Shown here one piece after another: positions 37,401 through 47,400 of a stretch of DNA of 64,000 bases (the first letter of the stretch is position 1; every line of letters starts with the position of its first letter). The notes below the pieces were generated by a model. That model had not been told where the DNA came from. It did not search any database and saw only the letters and a list, made by a program, of their open reading frames with translations. The stretch is taken from IMG/VR virus record IMGVR_UViG_3300025030_000042; one strand, written 5' to 3'. A program made the translations under genes and the position numbers. The stretch comes from a virus. Its lineage: Duplodnaviria > Caudoviricetes.

Positions 37401-37617
37401 TTTTAGAAGAGTTCTTTGTTTTTCTTTCCAAGAATGCTGGAATAGATTCTCTTTTTAGTTTTCCCGTTTTCGGATCTCGTATAACATTCGGTTCTCTTTC
37501 GGAATCAATATGAGGATTTATTTCTTGATACTCCATTCCAGAAGATTCTAAAGAAATATTCTTAAAATATACATTCGGCAATATTGAGTCAAAAAATGAT
37601 TTATTATCTATTGCCAT
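34414..37617 (-). CDS. Large hypothetical virion structural protein
   Basis: 1067-aa ORF coupled to the downstream gene (TAATG) in the baseplate block. Confidence 0.65.
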   Translation of the reverse strand: MAIDNKSFFDSILPNVYFKNISLESSGMEYQEINPHIDSEREPNVIRDPKTGKLKRESIPAFLERKTKNSSKKLFVNIQLVIKEKLDDGLVSTWFENINFVKYLKVIVFQSLDKEITNSFIKNIITNKDLYNDKNIKQNLISVSDVVKKSKLNQIDSSVDDNGNKIYDITLNTNFTLNNENPQHLSYFAVSYIDIKELAKEMNLDLNNEDNMYGKTASELIFDDYILNSRAFVFVDEQNNIWVGDVHQTQQGNWAKYKDVQKNEEILQLITVSNNKVQDSRTSNELEQIEFDITPYTQQINNIINKINGQKIINLSNTSYFSEASISRDKNGDVRFLFAINFLQMVREKTQFGSIFTSNVLDLLKYVRISQMVIRRIRVKSDSIEGYIGKVFNTEDPPENVIMSGEKEPQNFITRASSVGTLREINISLEDTDILGMRYFTGMDKFASDITFGLYQYEVILQIEDKTPLFLREQANKLSKQINDLQKYYNQCLYNYDYDKNRLNNKFINTLSNKSNKESPWISSISIFIETMLFFSQKTDFSDFQKLLFYYVNPKTATLDTILKVINIIKDSVNQILSIAKVSVAGTEKRRTSGQKQDDGGGNFSQTLKSIEISNTFTKIFDSDIPKNVGYDFLTLEGKIETENNDGLVVISGLKFEERTKIETLKYFKSEDININLKSQIKEYTVDDSLANSKYTYLSPTMVNLGDQKVTLTNGIENNTQQYQQISSTVTRFNALRKSPFLPIQGTFNTSNNNTKVNTTQQKTRSNLLSTVSERGLVIESEREQVSKEKTTSTADVFGVNSTFETQTKQDNPVINNLETSNQEIKETSNSSLFLMLTDDFVTFENKKEEEIKFYNINEPFHILENKSQNKIVELPNQIKSLMVGLATPENINEKALSQAVDIKANPFLKPLYNYKYNMLQTIEVLTGFEKNETEAYVKIPIWKKMTPALFNMTKDKNILCRLKPYNNPEFQVTQPKDLKLMIYNEYFILSPHDIIPEESPQITVVTKITEITEDLSNKEKEYKMLEGEYYTTQPIGKPKETDATQIETTTPTTNAFIVNDSRRFKF

Positions 37618-37622
37618 TTATA

Positions 37623-38495
37623 TTAACATTCCTTTTTATTTGGCATTATTGGAGTTTGTGTAATATCTCTTACAACATCTTCTGTTTCGTCGCATATATC
37701 TATGTTATCTGAAAATATATCTTTTTTATTGGCGCTTGATAAATGTTTACACATAATACTTTTATCTATTTCATTATCCACCAAAACATCCAAATAATAT
37801 CCAACTTTTTGTGATTCTTTATCGGTCTCAAAAAACAATGGTGTCTGTTTAATCTCTTTTCTGTGCGGAGGGATTTTAGATTTTTTAACTTCTTCTATTT
37901 TATAGACTTCTATATCAAAGTTATCGTTCAAAAATCTTGTATTTTCTTCCGTCACCTCTAATAATATATAATCTTCTTTCACGGAAATCATTGTTCCATC
38001 TGGAAATATTTTATTTGGATTTGTGAACTCCACATTATTTCCAACATATGTAATATATTCCACAGAAGAACTTAACTGCGGTATTCTTAAAGATTGATTA
38101 GAACCGGTTAAATATTCTACCGATCCAGATAAACTACCGTTTAAATATTTAATGTTCCACGATGGAATATATGAAGTGTTTAAATATGAATTTCCTAATA
38201 AGTTACTATATAAAAACCCTTTATCTCTTGTATTTTGATATTCTTCTCCTCTTTTAACATTTGTTTCAATACCATCAACATTCGGTTGAATATCGTTATA
38301 AGGAGTATTCTCTTTTATTCTCGTTTGAATATCGTTTTGATGTTCTATTAATCCAGCATACGCTCCATCATATATAACATCGTCGTCCATAAAAGCGTAA
38401 TATTCTGGCTTAAACTTGCCTTTGGACAAAAGTTTCTTTCCAAAAGAAGTTAATTCTATTGATATCACCCTTTCTTTTGGGTCAATAAATGACAT
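37623..38495 (-). CDS. Virion structural protein; paralog of 29329..30219
   Basis: SIELTSFGKKLLSKGKFKPEYYAFMDDDVIYD. Confidence 0.7.
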   Translation of the reverse strand: MSFIDPKERVISIELTSFGKKLLSKGKFKPEYYAFMDDDVIYDGAYAGLIEHQNDIQTRIKENTPYNDIQPNVDGIETNVKRGEEYQNTRDKGFLYSNLLGNSYLNTSYIPSWNIKYLNGSLSGSVEYLTGSNQSLRIPQLSSSVEYITYVGNNVEFTNPNKIFPDGTMISVKEDYILLEVTEENTRFLNDNFDIEVYKIEEVKKSKIPPHRKEIKQTPLFFETDKESQKVGYYLDVLVDNEIDKSIMCKHLSSANKKDIFSDNIDICDETEDVVRDITQTPIMPNKKEC

Positions 38496-41400
38496 TATTT
38501 ATCTTCTACATCCTTTTTATCTTTTATTGCTAAAGTTGCATCCATTTTTACTAATTCAACCAAAGAAAAGAAATCGTATGGCCAGTTATAACTATAGTCT
38601 GGCTCTACTGCTTTAGAAGCACCTCGACCGCCGCCAATATTAAAATTAAACTTAAATCGATCGTCGTCAAATGAATCGGCGGTTTTAGCAAAATAGTTCC
38701 ATTGTGCTTTTTCTTTAACCTTAAATACCATCCATTGTAGTTTATCTGAAAATGTTCCTTTCAAGAGTTCATTTGATAATAATTTATGAGAAATAGAAAC
38801 CTCTTTTTGTTCTACTTTAACTCCGATTTCTGGTTGAAGGTTTTGCCAAATATCTGCCAAATCTTGTTTTGTAAGTTTGTGTTCAAACTCAAATATATAC
38901 ATAGCAAACGGTCTTATATTCTTATTTTTTATGAAGTCCATTTTAGGAGGAAATACATATTTCTTCATTTTTTCTACCATATCAACAATAGTATCTCCAA
39001 CTTGTTTTTCATTTTCTTTTTTCTGTCTTTTATTTAACGCCAAATCTATTTCTCTTCTACTAATACTGAAAAACTTTTTATTTCCGTTAACCACAACAAA
39101 TGGAACAGCAACGACCGCTTCTTTAATAACTTTCTCGTCAGCTATTCTACCAAGTTTTTTCGGAGTTTTATCAAATCCTAGTAAATCTGCCATAGATTTA
39201 ATTTCATATTTTGGACTACTTCCGCCAGCAAAATAAACGTTATGTCCTGTTGTTTTATTTCCTTTTTTATCTGCACCTTCCAATACCCAATAATCCAAAG
39301 AGTTTGTTTCAATAGAAACAACCCTTTTATTTCCCAAAACACCAGCAGCATAATAATCCGGATATGTCATCGCCGATCCGCTGGCGGCACTATATACCTG
39401 ACCATAATCTATAGCCCCAGCATCTTCACGATAAAATGGATCGGAAATCATATGTTGAATTTTTTTATCCAATGTGTCAACAAAAACGATATCTACAGCA
39501 GCAACAACTGAACCAGTAGTAACATTTGTGTCGACAAATGGATTATTTTCATATACCAATCTAGCAGAAGCGCTAACTCTTTGATATAATGGAATACCTC
39601 CTGGATTAGAAGAACCTACTGTAGAATTTGTCGTACTATTAATAGCTGAAACTAGATTTAAAGCTGCATTAAAATTACTAGTACTTACAATAAAATCTCC
39701 ACTCGCAACTCCACCAACCAAACTAGTTCCATCTATAATTATAGTTTTTGAATCTAACTGTAAATGATCTCCTATATAAACAGTTACTTTTGCGTTTTGT
39801 TTTTCCAATTCTACAAGATTTTCAGATCTATTAAACCAAGAACCAATCGCTTTTTGTTGAGTATTTGTATTAGTAACACTAATAGAACTTTTTCCTTCTG
39901 AATTAAGTTTTGAATCTGGAATATCATTAATGCTAAAATATATTCCTTCGGAACCAGTTATAATATCACCATATTGATGCCACATTCCCCGCGATAATGA
40001 ACCGGTTCCGGAGTTTTCAGAAGGTGCTACTGGAGTTTTATTTTTAAAATTTAAAATAGGAGTTTCCCATTTCGGTTGAATAGACCACACTATTTCACTG
40101 TTTGTTGGATCATCTTCAACTAATATTGGTTCATATTCTTCTGATTTTCCTTTTCCATAGGTGACTTTTTTGACTTTTGTTTTTCCAAGTAAATTAACAG
40201 AAGCACTTAACATCATCCAATTATTTGATGCTGAAATAAATGTAGAAACTAAATCCGAAACGCCCAATGAATTTATAGTAATACCAACTTCATCATCGCG
40301 AGCATTCACTGTTTTATTAAATGCGCTTTTATCTAAATGCGCCAATGTTGTCCAATCCATAATATTGTCGGTTAAATAAACACCACAAACTCCATTTCTT
40401 TCTGTTGGCATTCTCGTATAAGACATAGTTAAATGTGATTGAATTTCATCTATTGTGTATTTTCCAGCACCTTTATATGGATAAAATAAAAGTCTAGCAG
40501 ATCCATATCCATTAAAATATGAAGGCGTAAATGGTTCATATGAATGATGATATGAAACAATTGTGTTTGAAGCAGTAAAATAATGATGCGGAAATACCCA
40601 GGGTGGTCCGAATGCTGAATTTCTATCATACATTTTAGTGTGAGTTCCCTTTAAATCATCCCAATCGGAACCACTAACTTTAAATGTCTTAGAATCTAAA
40701 TAAGAAAACTCTTTCGATGAACGCCTTTCATGATAATCCGTCAAACTTTTAATTTGACCATTGTAAACAGTTACATCCATCCCAAAAAATGATTTAGAAT
40801 CTTCTTCTTTTACTATAATTCCTTCTTGTGGTATAGGTTTAGAAGTAAAAGTAGTAAAGTTTTCATTTTCCAAAAAGAAATCTGGGACTTCTGCTAAAAA
40901 GTTGTGTATAGCGAGTTTATATTTTTGTGATCCTTTGCCTCCCCAAAAGGCAGCTTGATTTGTGGCAGCATCGTTAAATTTTGTTCTTAAAGAAGCAGAA
41001 TGATCTGGTTCCATATCCCAAATCATTTTTTTTGAAATATAATTTTCTGGAGTTACCAACCCTTCAAACGGAATTCTTGAAGAAAATGGACTTGCTAAAA
41101 CCGTTTGCCATTCTACTTTATCATCACTACCAGTAGGATTCACGCCGATTAAACCATATACCTGATCATTAAGCAATAAAGAAGCATCATTTCCATCTAT
41201 TACCCATTGATTCGCCCGAGCGTTGGTGGGAATTCCATAAACACCTCGTGATGTTCTAGAACTAGTTAAATACGGCTCTAATCCATAAGATAAAGCATCT
41301 TCACTACCAACACCTGACTTAAAATCTTCCATAATGTTCGGAGGAATATTTCCATCATATATTGGAAAATCAACTGCTATTCCAGATTTAATGGAATTAT

Positions 41401-44400
41401 ATAAAATCCCTGGTCCAAAAAATGGCGCCAGAAATGCTCGCCAACTTCCAGTAGAAGCACTTCTATTACCATAACCCCGAGGGAACACATTATCACCATA
41501 GGATTGTGAAAACAAAGTTGCTATTTGTAGAGTTCTATTTTGAGGATAAAATCCCTCATATGGAAGAAATTTTAATAATGCTTTACAAGATAATACAATC
41601 TCATCTATTTTTCCCATATCTTTATGATCGTTGTTAATGATATCAAAATATTTCATAAAATCTGTATGAGAATATGTTTTATAAAAATCATTTTGAGAAC
41701 TATTATCTATAGTAGCGCCAGTTAAATTTAAAAATCCATCATTATCTGAATAAAAGTTTCCTCCTTGTTGATCAACATAATTCGTCATATGTTCGCTTAT
41801 TCTAAACTCTGGAATTATTGAATAATCTTTTCCAATGGATTTTAAACCATCATTATAATCACTATATGATTCGTAAAATGGTTTCTTCCCAGATTCATCT
41901 GGTGCTGACCACTTAGTATCTCCAGCAAAAATCTTGCTACCGGTTAATCTAACTTCAAAGTTAAGCGCTGGAGATATCGCCGACTCTATTAAGACTTTTC
42001 TAATCCACGGAATTCCCGTATATTCCACAGTTCTTCGAGAATATAACGCCCCGACTTGAAAGCTATCTGCCCACGCAGAACTTCTAACTTCTGCTGTCCC
42101 CAATAGAGTATGAGAAGTTATAAAATCATTATAATTCATACCATTTAAAGGTATACTATACCTTGTACTTCCAGAATGGAACATATTCCAAAAACGATTC
42201 GCCCGAGTAGATGTATAATTGGTATCATTATAATCTTTTCCACTGCCATTCATGTTGTCTAATACTACCCAAGATTTACCAAATAAACTGGTATTTGTAT
42301 AATCTCCAAGCGCATCCGTTAATGTCCCAAATCCTCCGCCAAGACGATACCAGTGATCCCAAACACTAGAAGTTCTTGTTAATGTATATAATGATCTTGG
42401 CTTACCATTGTTATAAAGTTCACCAATTTGTGTTGCAGTCATTCCTCCACTTAATAAAGAAAAATCACTCATATATCCTTCATAAGGAAATGATCCGTAT
42501 GAAGAACTAGCAATGCACGATCCGGTAGAAGATATCGTTACCGAGCCAGTTCCAGCGCCCCAAATATCTGAAGTTACTTCGGAACCATTTACATAAAACT
42601 TCACTCGGGTTGCCATTGCGTTCGCCAAATCTACAACAGTAACAACATGATACCAAGTACCATCATTTATTTCTGTTTGTGTTCTCCACTGACTATTATT
42701 GCTTCCACTAAAACCAAGATATCTTGTATTTACCGCAGAGCCAGTCTCAAGATAAAAGACGTAGTTATCTGCCCCCATAGATAATATTGTTTGGCGAGCA
42801 GGTTGTTGTGAAGTAGAACCAGAAAAACTTGACGTAAGATTTATCCAAGCAGAAACAGTAAAATCATTTGGAAACGTTGAACCTTGAGAACCAAAAAAAC
42901 TATTACCAGCGCCAAGATACACACCCTCTTTATAATAATTTATTCCTAACGTCTGTGCTGAAGGCTCTGATGTTCTAGCGTTTGATTCAGAAACAAAATT
43001 AAATCTCACCACTGCCGGATTTGTATTTCCGGGAAGAGAGGGTTGTTTATTATAATCCGGATTACCTCCAAAAAATGTCGTATAATTATTTTGAAGTTCT
43101 CCCTCTCCACCACTCGAACCAGTTACGACATTCGCCGTTTCATAACTATTTCTTCCATCTAGCGACCACTTGCTTTGATTTACCGTAAATCCTTGAGAGT
43201 TTTGAACATTTGTTTGATGTCTTTGTCCTCTATTTTCGTTCCAAATATCAAAACTATAGTTTTCCCTTTGTCTAACTTTAGAAAGATAGGTATTTATTTC
43301 TCTGGGAAATAGAGTTTCAGAATACTTTAAAAAGTTAAACTTATTGATGGGATTATTTACATCTTCAACACTACGATTGATGTAGTTGTTTACAAGTTTA
43401 TCATAAATCGTAAACTTATTATTTAGTTTGATACGATTTGATAAATCATCGTTGGCAAATGATGATATCTCTCCGGCATATGGATATTTTATTGTTATAT
43501 TTTCTTCTTTATTGTTCTCGCCCAAAATAACAAACTGCTGAACGATTGGCTTATATTTTGAAGTTATTGAAGGTTCCGTATAAGAAACCAACTTTGAACC
43601 TCGTTTTTCTACGACCGTTTGTTGTCCGCCAGCAACCGAAACAATCAACGGCTGTGGTTTTTCAATAATCGTGATTATATTATTCTTTTTTAGATATCTC
43701 GCCAATGGAGTTTCGCCGGCGCGAATCTGTTTCCACGATGACCAACCATAAGGACCATTTCTTTTGTTTAATAGGGTGTTCAAATATGTAAATCTATTTG
43801 GAACCGAAAGACTTCCAACCGAAAAGAAGCCATCAATAATGTTCGTATTATAGAAACCGTTATTTATGTTATTCCAGTTTACATTCTCACCAAATCCAAG
43901 AAGATGATTTGATGCTGTTATATTTTCATATATATGATAGTTTAAAAATGTAAAGTTATCTGGAATAAAATCTGTCGCAGAATAGAGCGATAGTTCTTGA
44001 GCATCAATATCATAATATCTTGTTCCACCAATAAGAGCAGAACCATTTGAACTGGCACTTATAAATGTGATATCTTCTGATCCCGTTGAAAACCCATACG
44101 GAAGCAAATAATATGAAGAACTTATCCAAGAATAGTTAAACTCATTTCTTGGTATCGCGTGTTGAATAAACAGGTTGTCAAATACAGAAGCGGTTACTAA
44201 AGAATCGTTTGATCCGCTCTGTTTTGGTCTTTCCAATCTGTTTCTGTAAACTTTGTGAAATGACGCCGTTCCTTCATATGTATGTGCCTGAACTCTTCCA
44301 AGTTGACTATCATATCCAAACGGTCCACAATGTCTTGCTGACGCTGTGTTCAAATACTTTCGTATAAAAGGATTTCTATAGTTTAAGCTATTATATGGAG

Positions 44401-47400
44401 AATATTCTGCCGACTCCAAATCAAGACCTTGACCACCATTACTATCTCCAGAAGTTAGTTTATCTCCGGGAGCAGAAAATCTTGTCACAAATATGTGTCC
44501 GGACTTTGCGCGAGTTGGTTTTGTATAATGAGAAGTTCCCGATAATATCAGTGGAGAAACTAACATTACAGAAGTTCCAACAGATGAAGTAAACCCATTA
44601 TTTTCTACGAACGCTTGATTATTTTCTTTTCTACCGGTTGTATGAACAACTTCATAAGTCTTACGATAGTTTTGATTTATTATATTTTTTATGTTGACCG
44701 GTCTTTTTGCTACTTCATCTCTGTAATATTGCGCTCGTGCTATATTTACATCTGAAGTCAAAGAAGCAAGATTTTCTGGACTTTCTACTCTCAACTCATT
44801 ATTTGAAACAAATATTCTCCAACCTTCCGGTCTATTTGTTTCATCATTTAAAGTTGAACCGGTATTTAATCCAATATGTCTATACTGTAATCCGCCGACG
44901 TATTGTTCAGTAAACGGTCCTTGTAACGGCGGATCTTTTTCATTTCCATAAACATCTCTATGAAGATTTACAATAGCGACATCATCTTTAAAGTTCTTTA
45001 TTTGACTTTGATATCCAGTATTTACCGAAGAACTTACCATATTGAATGGTAAAACTAAATCACTATTTTGTGTCGTTCCATCATAAGCGTTTACCGCTTT
45101 GCCGATCATTGTTTTCTTTTTATTTAGACCTAAATCATCAGTATTGTCAATAGGCTCCAAAACACTTGACGATGGAATATAAACAAAGTTTTGGGTTGGA
45201 TTTCCAAAACGAGTTGAGTTTAAAATATACTGCGGGGATACTTTATTTTTATTTTTCTTAAAAACTTCATTTTGTGTAACAACCAATCTATAAGGAGTGG
45301 TTAGTTTTCTATTAAATGTTTGTAATGAAGCAGATAGAAGCCTGTTTCGCTCTTCATCAAATGTGGCATCTCCAGTAGATAATGGAGAATCAGATCTTAA
45401 GGCTTTTTGTTGCCAATATAATCTATTCTCTCTTTGCTTTCCGCTTTCTGGATAATGACCGTGTTCCCAATCATAAGTTAGTTCATTGATCCCTTTCATA
45501 CCCGATTCTGGATCATCTATCTTATGTTCTATTCTTGGAAGTTTTGACCAATATTTATTTCTTTCAAATATATGACTTTCTATAACATTCATAATACCTT
45601 CAGAAATATTTGCCGATGCTGGAACTAACTGTAAAAGCATCTTTCCGAGCGAAGAATCAATCCACTTATAAAAATCAATATATTTTTCTATGTCCGGCGT
45701 ATTTGCCACCTTCTCAAAAAACATACTCCGGAGTTTTTCCAATCCCTTATAAGATTGTCTATACTTATGAACCGGCTCGCCGACAAGATTGTTAAACTCT
45801 TTTATTGTCGCGAAAATATCAATCATTTCATCAGAAATGGTTTGATACATACTCTTTTCAACGGAGAAATAATGTTTGATTGGTCTTGAAGATCTTGTAA
45901 AAACAACATCATCTTGTTCCAAAATCTCAATCATATCCGAACTATCAAGTATTTCTGGTAACTTTTGCTTTGCTCCAAAAATATATTCTTTATCTACAAT
46001 ATTAGTGTAACTGGCTGGAAAGAAATCTCCTCGTCCAGTGTGTTGGCGATTTATTATTGGTCCCAACCATCCATATCGTTGTTGAGTGGTGCTCGATCCA
46101 GATGACAAATCATCTACATAAAACTGTGAACTCGCATCGGAACCGGTTACTTTAGCAAAATCCCAATGAAGCATTAAAGCATTGGCGCTTGGTAAAAACG
46201 AACCGGTTGAAGAACCCGAAAGATTATGCTGAAATAAATGAATAGAATCAAGCGGATGTAAGGTTCCGTAGTTCGTTGGATCTATTGCGTGGGCTTTTAT
46301 TTCATCATTTGAAAGGTGTGTCGCCCAAACCCTTGCGGACGATATTTTAACATCCGATTGTTGAAGGACAGAACCGGTGAAATCAGTCCTGTGAGAACCA
46401 ATATAAAACCTCTTAAGATTTGTTAAAAAGTCAGTCGCTTGAGATGTATTTATTGTTCCAGAAACAACGAACTCATTTTGAACTTTATCTAATATTGTAT
46501 TGACGCCATAAAACTCGATGTTATAGGTGCCACCATAAGTTCCACTTATCGCATTAATATAAGGATATTTTGTCGGCGCTATACGAACAGCAAGATTCCA
46601 TTTCTCATTATTGTAAACATCTCTAAATAAACTACTTGTTAATACTGGGAAATATCCTTCTGATGACCCAGTTAGTTTAAAATAAACATCGCTTGATTCC
46701 ATCTTATCTCTTACGGCATATATTTGAAAGTTCGCTACATCTCCGCTTGTTGCTCCTATACGAGATGCAAGATTCCAAGCAGTGTTATTAAAATCTCCAG
46801 TTAACGCAGTATGAACTCCCATAAGAGACGAAGTAATAAATGGTGTTTCAAAATATAACTCCGATCTTTGATCAAACTTCTTTGGAAATACTACTTCACA
46901 TTCATAAGTTTGAGCATAACCCGTCTTTTCGTATTTTTGACTTGACGCCGACAAGATAGAAACTGAATCGGTATTTGAACTTGCCGTATATTGATACACC
47001 GTCGCTGAAAACGATCCGGTATTATTAAAATCAATATAGTTCTTTTTAACTGTAGTATAACGATAGTTGTCTTTAAACTCGTGCGTTATATTGTCGGCAT
47101 AAAGATTTATTCTTACAAGTTCATCATCAACACCAAAACATCTTATTAGGTTTCTTAAAGATTTTTCTGTTCCCTTTGATTTGTAGATATATGTTAGATT
47201 ATTGTAAATGTTTTGATAAATCAGATTACGAACATCGTGAAGTTTTTGTTCTAACTCAACCTTTTCATCTTTTTGAACCAAGTGAGAAATAATATCAGCA
47301 TCAGCAAATATTTCCGGAGTTACAAATCCCATTGATGATAAAAGTCTGTCAGCAAATGGAAGTGGTTTATTGCTGCTGGAAATATAGTTCGCATTCTTTA

